DNA of 64,000 nucleotides from Nitrospinales bacterium (GCA_965223795.1 CBDCXL010000002.1:2432001-2496000); one strand, 5' to 3'. Positions 9,022 through 18,481 are shown, counted from the stretch's first letter. Notes: generated from the letters alone by a model not told the origin. Numbers and translations: made by a program.

Positions 9022-10830
9022 TTGATCGCCCGCCTCAAAGCAAACGATTTCTTCTGGGTTTGCATCTGGTCGCTGCTCTGCCTGCTGGCTTTTTCCTACA
9101 AACTGCATTCGGTCCCGCCTTACGACATCGACGAGTATTACTACGTCCGCTCCGTCAAGTTCATGGTGGAAAACGGCGACTACATCACGCCCCGGTTCCA
9201 CGACATCGTGGCCTGGGAGGACGTGCGCACCAAACGTTTTGAAAAGCCCATTTTGACTTACTGGGCGATCGCCCTGTCGTACAAGCTGTTCGGCGTGGAT
9301 TATGTATCCGCGCGGCTTCCCTCGGTGCTGGCCGGAGCGTTGTGCATTCCTTTCCTGTACCTGCTGGGCCGCCGGCTGTTCGGACAGGGGCCGGCGTGTT
9401 ACAGCGCGCTCATCTTTCCCGGCCTGCTGCTGCATTTTGAAAAATCCCGGCTCGCCCGGCCGGACATGATCATGACGCTTTTGATCCTGGCGTCGATCTA
9501 CTTTTTCGTGCGCGGCTTTCAGGAACCGGAATCGCGGAAGCGGAACTTCCTCCTGTTTTACCTGTGCCTGGGACTGGGGTTTCTCACCAAGGGGCCGGTG
9601 GCGGTGCTGCTGCCGCTTTTGCCCATCGGCCTGTTTCTTACCCTGCCGAAAAACCGCCTGCCGTTCGGCCAGATGCACCTGGGGACCGGTGCGCTGGTGT
9701 TTGTCGCGGTCAATCTGCCCTGGTTCGCCGCGGTGCTCGCCATCCACGGCCAGGAATACATCGATCATGTGCTGCAGGTCGAGATCAAGGGGCGCATGCT
9801 GCATTCGGATGGGTACAAATTGTTTTACCTCTACATGCCGTTCGTCTACACCCTGCCGTGGTCCGGCTTTTTTTTGGCGGCGCTGGTTTCCATTCTGGGC
9901 GGCGGCCGTGGAGAAGAGGTGTGGACATCCGGGGAACGGCCGTTCATTCGAGAGCAATGGGCGCGCGTTGTAAACAGACTGCGAATGCTTGCGGAGCCAT
10001 CCAACCGCTGGATTTTATTCTGCCTCATCTGGTTCTGCGTGCCGTTGATCTTCTTCACCGTGTTTCAGAATTACCGCGCCCGCTACATCCTCACCGTGTG
10101 CGCGCCGCTGGCGATGCTCACCGGGACGTTTCTGCACCGCATGCTGGCGGATTCGGACAGGCTCAGGTCCAGGCTGTTCAAAGGTCCCTTGTACCTGTGC
10201 TTTCTCTATTATTTCGGCTTGGCGTTCTACCTGGGTTTCATCTATGTTTTTTTCAGCCAGGTGCTGCATGCGCCGGTCTGGGTGACCGTGTTTCCCCTGC
10301 TGCTCGCGCTGGGGCTGTTGCGGCTCATCCATCTGTACCGCAAACGGCGCGGCGTGCCGCTGGTGGTGACCCTGGGCGTGTTCCAGGTGTTGATCCTGGC
10401 TCTGGTACACGGCGACATCCTGCCCTACTACAACCACTATCCGCTCAAGAAGCTGGCACAGGCGATTCGCGAGCAGGGGACGGGCGAAGAGGAAGTGTAC
10501 ATCCTGAATCTGGGGAACGACGGTCCCAAGCTGGGCGTGCAGACCCTGCACTGGGTGCGCGTGTTCGGCGATCCCCAGGTGATCGAGCGTGCCATCGAGA
10601 AGGATAAAAAGATATTCGTTGTGCTCACGGAAACGGACTGGAAAGCGCATCTGCCCGATGCGCCGCTCATCGAGGTTGCCCGCGATTTCCGGTTGAAGAA
10701 TATCAAGGTGAATGCCAAGCTGGTCCAGACCGTGCGGGAGCGGGGCTTCGTCGAGACGTTTCAGGATTATCTGGAAGTGCGTATTTTGTTCGCCAACCGC
10801 CCTTTGCAACCGGTGGCGGCTTCGCCTTAA
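9022..10830 (+). CDS. ArnT/PMT-like GT39 membrane glycosyltransferase
   Basis: 'DEYYY..SVKFM...GDYITP', 'FEKPILTYW', 'ARLPS', 'LTKGPV', many TM helices. Confidence 0.9.
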   Translation: MIARLKANDFFWVCIWSLLCLLAFSYKLHSVPPYDIDEYYYVRSVKFMVENGDYITPRFHDIVAWEDVRTKRFEKPILTYWAIALSYKLFGVDYVSARLPSVLAGALCIPFLYLLGRRLFGQGPACYSALIFPGLLLHFEKSRLARPDMIMTLLILASIYFFVRGFQEPESRKRNFLLFYLCLGLGFLTKGPVAVLLPLLPIGLFLTLPKNRLPFGQMHLGTGALVFVAVNLPWFAAVLAIHGQEYIDHVLQVEIKGRMLHSDGYKLFYLYMPFVYTLPWSGFFLAALVSILGGGRGEEVWTSGERPFIREQWARVVNRLRMLAEPSNRWILFCLIWFCVPLIFFTVFQNYRARYILTVCAPLAMLTGTFLHRMLADSDRLRSRLFKGPLYLCFLYYFGLAFYLGFIYVFFSQVLHAPVWVTVFPLLLALGLLRLIHLYRKRRGVPLVVTLGVFQVLILALVHGDILPYYNHYPLKKLAQAIREQGTGEEEVYILNLGNDGPKLGVQTLHWVRVFGDPQVIERAIEKDKKIFVVLTETDWKAHLPDAPLIEVARDFRLKNIKVNAKLVQTVRERGFVETFQDYLEVRILFANRPLQPVAASP

Positions 10831-10835
10831 ATTTT

Positions 10836-10962
10836 AGCTCTTTGCATAAGTTCAAGTCTGTCATGCTGAGCTTGTCGAAGCATGATTCAATGCACCCTTC
10901 GACAGGCTCAGGGTGACAATGTGAGACCCGGATTCTCGTGCGATTGACTTATGCAAAGATCT
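10836..10962. mobile_element. MITE/REP-like non-autonomous element
   Basis: Terminal inverted repeats TCTTTGCATAAGT (10839-10851) and ACTTATGCAAAGA (10947-10959) enclose an internal palindrome GTCATGCTGAGCTTGTCGAAG...CTTCGACAGGCTCAGGGTGAC. Confidence 0.7.
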
Positions 10963-11010
10963 GTTAATACGAGAGAGCGCGGTGTTTGCATTGAATCCAG
11001 AGGCGAAACC

Positions 11011-11514
11011 ATGAGCGTCCTATCGGGCAAATTGATTCTGGTCGCCATTCCCAAAAGCCAGTTTGAGGAAGGGGAGCTGTTGCCGCTGCGCGAGATCCTG
11101 ATCGGCGCCGGGGCGCGGGTGTTCGTGCTTTCCAAAAGCGGGCAGGCGGCGCGGGGGATGGAAAAAACCTCTTTTCAGCCCGACGGGACCATCGTCGATT
11201 GGGACAAGCAGCCGGGAGTGGTTGGGAAATACCATGCCGTCGTGGTGCTCGGCGGCCGGGGCGCGTCCAAGTCCCTGTGGGAGGATCCGATCCTGCCGCA
11301 GATCCTGACCGATCACTTCCGGGCGGAGCGGATCGTCGCCGCGATGGGGGAGGGCGCGCCGGTGCTGGTGCGCGCCGGGCTGTGCGGCGAAGACGATCTG
11401 CCCGAACCGGGATCGAGCGAGGCTTTGGTGGTGTCCGGCCGGGTGTTGCTGGCGGCGGGAAAAAACGCGATGGCGTCCTTTCTGGCGGCGCTGACCCGCC
11501 TGTTGACGGAGTGA
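11011..11514 (+). CDS. DJ-1/PfpI family protein
   Basis: 'FEEGEL', 'YHAVVVLGGRGA..LW' and 'IVAAMGEGAPVL', where the canonical nucleophile Cys is not evident. Confidence 0.8.
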   Translation: MSVLSGKLILVAIPKSQFEEGELLPLREILIGAGARVFVLSKSGQAARGMEKTSFQPDGTIVDWDKQPGVVGKYHAVVVLGGRGASKSLWEDPILPQILTDHFRAERIVAAMGEGAPVLVRAGLCGEDDLPEPGSSEALVVSGRVLLAAGKNAMASFLAALTRLLTE

Positions 11515-12761
11515 CTGCTGTGTGCTTTTCGAACCGCTGGATCTGGATGTTCATTTTCTTCGTCGCCGGTGTCCACTGCGCGCCCGCCCCACTGAAAGAG
11601 AGCGATTCCGTCCAATTGCCGCAGGTCGTCTTTGTGCCGGGTTATTACGGCAGCACGCTGATCCGGGAACGGGACGCCAGGACGATCTGGTTCACGGCGG
11701 CGCAGGCGTTGTTCGGCGATCAGACCCTGGCGCTCGATGACGGGGGAATCCGTATTCCCGGCGCCGCGACCATGCGGGTGGGGGAGGTGTTCCGCTCACT
11801 GGGTGTCTTGAAGGAGGTGTACGGACCGGTGCTGGACGGATTGCAGGCGCGGCTTTCCGGCCGGGCCGACGTGGTGCCGTTCGCGTACGACTGGCGGCAG
11901 GACATCACGCACAGCGCCGCAAGGCTGGGCCAACGGGTGGACGCGCTGAATGCCAAAGGGGCGCTCAAAGTGGCGGTGGTCGCGCACAGCATGGGCGGTC
12001 TGGTCACCGCGCATTACCTGCTATACGGCGGCCAGCCACAGGAAAACGCGCGCCTGAACCTGGCCGGGGCGGACCGGCTGCACGCGGTGGCGATGGCGGC
12101 CGCGCCGTTTGCGGGCACGCTGGCGGTGTTCCGCAATATGCAGCACGGCATCCGGTTCGGGCTCAACGCTCGGGCTCTGGAAGGGTTGGCGGTGGCTTCG
12201 TTCCCGTCCAGCTATCAGATTCTGCCGCAGTATCCCAATGCTCTGGTTGCGCGCGGCGGTGCGGATCTGTCGGACTGGATCTTCGATGCGGCGCGCTGGC
12301 AGGAACGGGAATGGAGCCTGCTGAAAAATGCGGACGCGCTCGATCCAAAGACGCGCGAGAACCGCGAACGCACCACCCGCGCCCTGCTGGATGCGGCGCG
12401 GGCGTTTAATGAAAGCATGCGTCCCGCTGCATCGGATAGGGAAAGCGATCTGCCGTTTTTGTATTATTACAGCGATTCGGTGCCGACGGTGGAGCGCGCC
12501 CAATGGCACGAAAAACAGCGCACGCTGCTGTTTCCGGGCAGGGATGCAAAGCAATTGCAAGATCCGGCGTCCTATTATTCACCGGGAGACGGCACGGTCA
12601 CACGGGCCTCGGCGCAGCCGCCGGAACGGCTCGCCGCGCTCTTTCCAGCCCTTGTGATCGAGAAAAAGCCGCAGGAGCATTTAGAGATGCTGCACGATGC
12701 GGACAACCTGAACGCCATCGTCGAATTTCTGGAAGACGCCCTGGAGCTTCCCGATGCCTGA
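11511..12761 (+). CDS. Exported alpha/beta hydrolase (LCAT/lipase-like), possibly a lipoprotein
   Basis: 'VFVPGYYGSTL', 'FAYDWRQ', nucleophile 'AHSMGG', 'GDGTV', C-terminal 'EHLEML'. GTGA overlap with the upstream stop. Confidence 0.85.
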   Translation: MTAVCFSNRWIWMFIFFVAGVHCAPAPLKESDSVQLPQVVFVPGYYGSTLIRERDARTIWFTAAQALFGDQTLALDDGGIRIPGAATMRVGEVFRSLGVLKEVYGPVLDGLQARLSGRADVVPFAYDWRQDITHSAARLGQRVDALNAKGALKVAVVAHSMGGLVTAHYLLYGGQPQENARLNLAGADRLHAVAMAAAPFAGTLAVFRNMQHGIRFGLNARALEGLAVASFPSSYQILPQYPNALVARGGADLSDWIFDAARWQEREWSLLKNADALDPKTRENRERTTRALLDAARAFNESMRPAASDRESDLPFLYYYSDSVPTVERAQWHEKQRTLLFPGRDAKQLQDPASYYSPGDGTVTRASAQPPERLAALFPALVIEKKPQEHLEMLHDADNLNAIVEFLEDALELPDA

Positions 12762-13728
12762 TTATCCGACCTTGGAGGAGATCGAAGCGGCGCGCGAGCG
12801 GCTGGCGCCTTTCATCGTCGAAACGCCCACCCAGCGCTGGACGGACCCGGACGGCAGCGAGGCGCTGGGAGCGGAAGTCCACGTCAAGCTGGAGCTGTTC
12901 CAGGTGACGGGAACCTTCAAGCCGCGCGGCGCGCTCAACAACATGCTGCACCTCACGCAGCAGGAGCTCAAACGCGGCGTCACCGCGGTGAGCGCCGGCA
13001 ACCACGCCATCGCCACCGCCTATGCAGCGAAGGTATTGGGCAGCTCGGCGAAAGTGGTGATGCCGAAAAACGCCAATCCTCTGCGTAAACAGCGGGCGCG
13101 GGCGCTGGGCGCGGACATCGTCGAGGCGGACGATTCGCACGACGCGTTCGCCAAAGTGGAAGCGATCGAACGGAACGAGGGCCGGCGCTTCGTCCACCCC
13201 TTCGAAGGCCCGATGACGCTTGCGGGCACCGCCACCGCCGGGCTGGAGATGACGCGGCAGGCTCCGAAGCTCGACTGCATGATCCTGCCGATCGGCGGCG
13301 GCGGGCTGTGCGGCGGCTTCGCGGCGGCGCTCAAACAGGTGTGGCCGGGCATCCGTGTCTACGGGGTGGAACCGCAAGGGGCCGCCTGCATGAGCGAAAG
13401 TTTCCAGGCGGGAAAACCGGTGGCGCTGACGCGCATCGACACGATCGCCGACAGCCTGGCCCCGCCCCGGGCGGAGCCTTACACCTATGCGGTGTGCCGC
13501 CGGTTTGTGGACGACATCGTCACGGTGGGCGATGCGGAGCTGAAGGTGGCCATGCGGCGGCTGTTCTACGGCATGAAGCTCGCGGTGGAGCCCGCGGGCG
13601 CGGCCGCGGCGGCGGGGCTTTTAGGTCCGCTCCAGGACAGGGTGCGGGGTAAAAAGGTGGGGATCATCGCCTGCGGCGCCAACATCGGCCTCGCCGATTT
13701 CTGCGGCCTGGTGGCCGGCGGCGGGTGA
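12754..13728 (+). CDS. PLP-dependent threonine/serine dehydratase family protein
   Basis: 'KLELFQVTGTFKPRGA', 'SAGNHA', 'PIGGGGL', 'VEPAGAA', 'CGANI'. Confidence 0.93.
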   Translation: MPDYPTLEEIEAARERLAPFIVETPTQRWTDPDGSEALGAEVHVKLELFQVTGTFKPRGALNNMLHLTQQELKRGVTAVSAGNHAIATAYAAKVLGSSAKVVMPKNANPLRKQRARALGADIVEADDSHDAFAKVEAIERNEGRRFVHPFEGPMTLAGTATAGLEMTRQAPKLDCMILPIGGGGLCGGFAAALKQVWPGIRVYGVEPQGAACMSESFQAGKPVALTRIDTIADSLAPPRAEPYTYAVCRRFVDDIVTVGDAELKVAMRRLFYGMKLAVEPAGAAAAAGLLGPLQDRVRGKKVGIIACGANIGLADFCGLVAGGG

Positions 13729-13923
13729 ATTCATGGAAAATGCGGGAAAAATCAGCATTTTAAATGCCCTGAAACCCCACGCCGAAAATTAAAAAAATTA
13801 ATTTTTACAACGGCTTGACACTCCCACTGGCCGGTTTTATTTGACTCCCAGAGAGCTTGGGCTTCCTCGTAGAAGTACCCGGCGACAATTCATCAAATTC
13901 ATTTGAAAGAAAGGAGGTCGTTT

Positions 13924-14433
13924 ATGAGAACGACGCAAATGGCCCCCCATCCTTTGAATGGCAATGGTGAGGCCGCCCGTTCAACCGCCGAGTCGGATTT
14001 TTCCTGGTTTTCGAAGGAGTTCGATCGGCTATTCAATCATTTCCCTCCCAGAATCGCCGATTTTTTCAACAAACGGACGCTCCTGGATTCTCCGTCGCTG
14101 CAACCGGTCATGGATGTGCGCGAGATGAAGGACCACTGGCGCATCGACGCGGAACTGCCCGGTGTGGACGAAAAAGACCTGGAGGTCACCGTTTGCGACG
14201 GCGTTTTGATCCTCAAAGCCGAAAAACGGCCCGTGGACCTGAGTGACGCGGAATGCCGGATTTACAGGCAACAGAGGGTGTTCGGTCCGATTCATTCGAC
14301 GCTGCCGCTGCCAGCAGAAATCGATCCGGACAAGGTCAAAGCCCGGCTCCATCAGGGTGTCCTGACCGTCACCGTACCCAAAACCAAAAAAGCACAAGAG
14401 AGCAGACGAAAAATCGCTATCGGCACCGGCTGA
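13924..14433 (+). CDS. Hsp20/alpha-crystallin small heat-shock protein (cytoplasmic)
   Basis: 'PVMDVRE...AELPGV..KDLEV', 'A.LHQGVLTVTVPK', C-terminal IXI motif 'KIAI'. RBS AAGGAGG. Confidence 0.93.
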   Translation: MRTTQMAPHPLNGNGEAARSTAESDFSWFSKEFDRLFNHFPPRIADFFNKRTLLDSPSLQPVMDVREMKDHWRIDAELPGVDEKDLEVTVCDGVLILKAEKRPVDLSDAECRIYRQQRVFGPIHSTLPLPAEIDPDKVKARLHQGVLTVTVPKTKKAQESRRKIAIGTG

Positions 14434-14545
14434 TTGTTCGCTGTTCGACTCAATCGTTTAAATCGCATCGCTCCCGGTATGCGCCGCGAGGCGTCCGGCT
14501 GCGATGAATTCATATTCAACCTTTGTATTTTTTCGGAGGTGTGTC

Positions 14546-14638
14546 ATGGAACCGACTTCCTTGCTGATGGCTGTTATGGCAGGAGTCGCTGCCATCGGCT
14601 TCGTGAGTTTTTTCAGCACGGGTCTTTTCAACGAATGA
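14546..14638 (+). CDS. Putative 30-aa single-pass membrane micro-protein
   Basis: MEPTSLLMAVMAGVAAIGFVSFFSTGLFNE, with GGAGGT 5 nt upstream of the ATG. Confidence 0.55.
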   Translation: MEPTSLLMAVMAGVAAIGFVSFFSTGLFNE

Positions 14639-14987
14639 CCCGGACTCAGGCGGCTTCCTGCATGGGAAGCCGCCGCATCGATGCCGCCATTCCATGACAT
14701 GTTTCGAATCAATAGGAGTCCGATACCAATGCCTATGTCTGCTGAGAATGAATTTCCCGCTCAAGTTGAAAACGAAACCCGCTCCGCGTTCGGCAGCGAA
14801 TACCCGCAGTCCTTTCGCATCCGCAGACCCGCAGGCTCATCATTGTGGCTCAAGCGCAACGCAAGGCGCAATCCGGCGGGCTACCGGCACTGGAAAGATT
14901 ATGTCAGCCGGTTTGAAGCGATGGCGGGATGAAGGAGTGCGCGGTCGAACCGGCGTAAAAATGGAGTTCAATTCAATGGGGGCCACC

Positions 14988-15482
14988 ATGAAAACAATCA
15001 CAGCCATGTTTGCCGGCGTCCTCATCATGATGAGCGCCGGTGCCGTCCAGGCGGAAACCGCACGCCCGGTTGCGTATGGACCGGATGTTTTGTGCCAGGA
15101 ATCGGGATTCAACGACTCCCTGGCGGGTTTACCGATCGGCTATTTCGGCGGGACCCTGCCTCGCGTCGACGTGAGGGAAACCCCCGAACGCATTCAGGTG
15201 TTCGCCGAAGTTCCCGGGTTGGGCAAAGAAGATATCGAGTACTTCATTCAAGACAACAAACTGACCCTGCGCGGTCAAAAGCCACGAGTGCCGGAGTCTT
15301 CGTCCGTAGAGAAATGGCATGCCTGCGAGCGGGCGTTCGGAGGCTTCGAGCGGATCGTTCCCATGCCGGTTCCCGTGGATGTGGATTCCATCACCGCTTC
15401 CATCGAAAAGGGAGTGATCCAGATAGACATTGTCAAATCCATGCAGGCCCACGCGCAAACCAGGGCGGAGTCCCGGCGGTAG
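14988..15482 (+). CDS. Hsp20 family protein with a predicted Sec signal peptide
   Basis: N-terminus MKTITAMFAGVLIMMSAGAVQA; core 'PRVDVRET...AEVPGLGKEDI', 'ERAFGGFERIVPMP', 'A.IEKGVIQI'. Confidence 0.85.
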   Translation: MKTITAMFAGVLIMMSAGAVQAETARPVAYGPDVLCQESGFNDSLAGLPIGYFGGTLPRVDVRETPERIQVFAEVPGLGKEDIEYFIQDNKLTLRGQKPRVPESSSVEKWHACERAFGGFERIVPMPVPVDVDSITASIEKGVIQIDIVKSMQAHAQTRAESRR

Positions 15483-15560
15483 TGCGGGCCGTAAACGTTA
15501 AACAGGGAATCCTGTCATCTCATGCCATCCGTTCCGTGAATGAGTGAAAGGAGAGGTGTC

Positions 15561-15923
15561 ATGAAGAAGCGAGCGATTTTATTTTATGCATTTCTGATTT
15601 TTTTCTTAATGGCGGGCGCGGTTCAAGCCGGAGGGCCGGATGTGAATCCGGCTGCACAGAATCCAGCGGCTGCCGAGATTGAGCAGGGCAAACCGTGCGC
15701 CATGAGTTCTATAAAAAGCGCGTCCTGGGAAAATGTCGATCCCGAACTTCCGTATCTTTTGCAGCAGGATCTGAAAAGCTGCCTGGACAAATGCACTCAG
15801 GAATTCAATTCCTGCATGAACGGCGCGGGCGACAGCGATTCGGCGCAGTTTCGTTGCGGTGAAAAGCGCTGGATGTGCACCCGCAGTTGCGACAATCAGT
15901 GGGAGTCCAAACTGGAATCATGA
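15561..15923 (+). CDS. Secreted cysteine-rich hypothetical protein
   Basis: Signal peptide ending 'AGAVQA'; C-terminal Cx3Cx6C...Cx6Cx3C pattern; RBS GGAGAGG. Confidence 0.8.
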   Translation: MKKRAILFYAFLIFFLMAGAVQAGGPDVNPAAQNPAAAEIEQGKPCAMSSIKSASWENVDPELPYLLQQDLKSCLDKCTQEFNSCMNGAGDSDSAQFRCGEKRWMCTRSCDNQWESKLES

Positions 15924-16004
15924 AAGCAAGAGCACGCATTAAAACGTTCAAGGGCAATTTGGGGATGACAGGGTTTTCGTTTCACTTTCAAGGAGTGAGA
16001 AGCG

Positions 16005-16646
16005 ATGAAACATTTTTACAAGCACATCAATAAATATCTGCTGGGTCTGGTGGTGTGTCTCAGTCTGCTGGTTGGATTTCAGGCGGCGCTGCTGTACAAA
16101 AAGCCGGAGCCGCTGGCCGTGGTCACGATGGCCCCGAAGAAAGCGGATGCAGGAATGTCCACGGGGAAACCTCCCTCCATTGCGTGGGACCCCGACCGGC
16201 AGTTTGAAATGATGCGGAAACGCATGGACGCCATCCACGAAAACATGGAAAAGATGATGGCGCGTCCGTTCTCCGGTTTCGGCGGCAAGAATGCCGGATG
16301 GCAGGCGTTCTCCTTTGAAAATCCCTTCGCCGAGAACCTGCATTTGAAGGACGAAGGGGACCGCTACCGGGCGACGCTGAACATGCCGGGCCTGGATGAT
16401 ATGAGCGTCGACGTGAACGTGGAAGATCAGAGCCTGCGCATTTCCGGGACTCTGGATCACGAAGAGAAGAAACAGGACGACAAGGGCACGCGCATGCAGA
16501 GTTTTCACAAGGGGAAGTTCGAACGCTCGGTCAGCCTGGCGCATCCGGTGAAGCCGGAATCGCTCAAGGTCACGCGCGATGGCGGAAAACTCACGATCGA
16601 GGTCGAAAAGGAAACCGCTGCGTCATCGAACCTGCCCACCGGCTGA
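16005..16646 (+). CDS. Hsp20 family protein with an N-terminal membrane anchor
   Basis: Basic N-terminus plus hydrophobic helix 'YLLGLVVCLSLLVGFQAALLY'; core 'LNMPGLD...VDVNVED..LRISG', 'GKFERSVSL', 'GKLTIEV'. RBS AAGGAG. Confidence 0.85.
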   Translation: MKHFYKHINKYLLGLVVCLSLLVGFQAALLYKKPEPLAVVTMAPKKADAGMSTGKPPSIAWDPDRQFEMMRKRMDAIHENMEKMMARPFSGFGGKNAGWQAFSFENPFAENLHLKDEGDRYRATLNMPGLDDMSVDVNVEDQSLRISGTLDHEEKKQDDKGTRMQSFHKGKFERSVSLAHPVKPESLKVTRDGGKLTIEVEKETAASSNLPTG

Positions 16647-16666
16647 CGGTCCGGGGGTGAGCGGCG

Positions 16667-18439
16667 TCAGTGGTGGTAGGCGCGGCCCGCTCCCTGCGGG
16701 ATGCGGATGTCGTCCACCAGATCCTGGATGTTTTCAGGCGGCGGCGGGGTGAACCGGCACACCAGAAGCGAAGCGGCGAAGTTGAACACCATGCCGAGGG
16801 TGCCGATGCCTTCCGGCGAGATGCCGAACCACCAGTTCTCCGGATTGCTGGCCGCGGGGTTGATGAATTTGAAGTAGATGATGTAGGCCAGCGTGAAGGT
16901 GAGTCCGGTGATCATGCCGGTGATCGCGCCTTCGCGGTTCATGCGCTTGTAGAAAATCCCCATCAGGATGACGGGGAAAAACGACGAGGCGGCGAGCCCG
17001 AAGGCGAACGCCACCACCTGGGCGACGAAGCCGGGCGGGTGAATGCCGAACCAGCCCGCGATGCTGACGGCGCAGGCGGCGGAAAGGCGCGCGAACATCA
17101 GCTCCTGTTTGTCGGTGATGTCCGGCAGGATGACTTTTTTCATCAGGTCGTGCGAGATCGAGGTGGAGATGACGAGCAAGAGCCCCGCCGCCGTGGACAG
17201 CGCCGCGGCCAGTCCGCCCGCCGCCACCAGCGCGATGACCCAGGCCGGCAGTCCGGCGATCTCGGGATTGGCGAGCACCATGATGTCGCGGTCGATGTAC
17301 AGCTCGTTGCCGTTTCCGGTCGGCGCATTGTCGATCAGCCGCTCGCCGTTTTCGCCGCGAACGCCGAGGAACTGCGGTTTCCCCTCGAAGGCGGGTCCGG
17401 CGATGTATTGAATCTTTCCGTCCCTGTTTTTATCGGTCCAGGCGATCAGGCTGGTGTTCTCCCAGTTTTTGAACCATTCGGGGGTGGCCTTGTACTCCGC
17501 TTCCTGCACGGTGTCGAGCAGGTTGACGCGGGCGAACGCGGCGACGGCCGGGGCGGTGGTGTAGAGGATGGCGATGAACACCAGGGCGTAGCCCGCCGAG
17601 ATACGGGCGTCGCGCACTTTGGGCACGGTGAAAAAGCGCACGATGACGTGCGGCAGCCCGGCGGTGCCGATCATGAGCGCGGCGGTGATGAAGAACACAT
17701 CGACGGTGGATTTTTTGCCGACGGTGTACGCGCCGAAGCCGAGCTGCTCGGACAGACCGTCGAGCTTGTCGAGCAGGTACACGCCCGACCCGTCCGCCAG
17801 TGGACTGCCGAAGCCGATCTGCGGGATGGGCTGGTTCGTCATCATCAGGGAGATGAAGATCGCGGGCACCATGAACGCGAAGATGAGCACGCAGTACTGC
17901 GCCACCTGGGTGTAGGTGATGCCCTTCATGCCGCCGAGCACGGCGTAGAAAAAGATGATGGCCATGCCGATCAGCACGCCGGTGTCGATGTCCACCTGCA
18001 AAAAACGCGAGAAGACGATGCCCACGCCGCGCATCTGTCCGGCGACGTAGGTGAAGGAGATGAAGATCACGCAGACCACGGCCACCAGCCGCGCCACGTC
18101 CGAGTAGTAGCGGTCGCCGACGAAATCGGGCACGGTGTACTTGCCGAATTTGCGCAGGTAGGGCGCGAGCAGCAGCGCCAGCAGCACGTAGCCGCCGGTC
18201 CAGCCCATCAGGTAGACCGATCCGTCGCGGCCGACGAAGGAGATGATGCCGGCCATGGAGATGAACGAGGCGGCCGACATCCAGTCCGCCGCGGTGGCCA
18301 TGCCGTTGGCCAGCGGGGACACGCCGCCGCCGGCCACGTAAAAGTCATCGGTGGACCCGGCTCTCGCGCGGATGGCGATGCTGATGTACAGGGCGAAGGT
18401 GACGCCGACGAAAATGTAGGTCAGGGTCTGGACATCCAT
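16667..18439 (-). CDS. actP: Sodium:solute symporter, cation/acetate symporter ActP-like
   Basis: 'FYVAGGGV...NGMATAADWMSAASFISMAG', 'GGMKGITYTQVAQY', 'GTAGLPHVIVRFFTVP'. Confidence 0.92.
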   Translation of the reverse strand: MDVQTLTYIFVGVTFALYISIAIRARAGSTDDFYVAGGGVSPLANGMATAADWMSAASFISMAGIISFVGRDGSVYLMGWTGGYVLLALLLAPYLRKFGKYTVPDFVGDRYYSDVARLVAVVCVIFISFTYVAGQMRGVGIVFSRFLQVDIDTGVLIGMAIIFFYAVLGGMKGITYTQVAQYCVLIFAFMVPAIFISLMMTNQPIPQIGFGSPLADGSGVYLLDKLDGLSEQLGFGAYTVGKKSTVDVFFITAALMIGTAGLPHVIVRFFTVPKVRDARISAGYALVFIAILYTTAPAVAAFARVNLLDTVQEAEYKATPEWFKNWENTSLIAWTDKNRDGKIQYIAGPAFEGKPQFLGVRGENGERLIDNAPTGNGNELYIDRDIMVLANPEIAGLPAWVIALVAAGGLAAALSTAAGLLLVISTSISHDLMKKVILPDITDKQELMFARLSAACAVSIAGWFGIHPPGFVAQVVAFAFGLAASSFFPVILMGIFYKRMNREGAITGMITGLTFTLAYIIYFKFINPAASNPENWWFGISPEGIGTLGMVFNFAASLLVCRFTPPPPENIQDLVDDIRIPQGAGRAYHH

Positions 18440-18481
18440 CCCGGTTCTCCGGAAACGCAGTGTGCGCGCGGTGGGTTCAAG

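Noticed and set aside
13730..13923. CIRCE, HAIR or ROSE heat-shock element before the first Hsp20
   Set aside because: No TTAGCACTC-N9-GAGTGCTAA or CTTGAGT-N7-ACTCAAG is present; only a TTGACA at 13815 with a weak -10.
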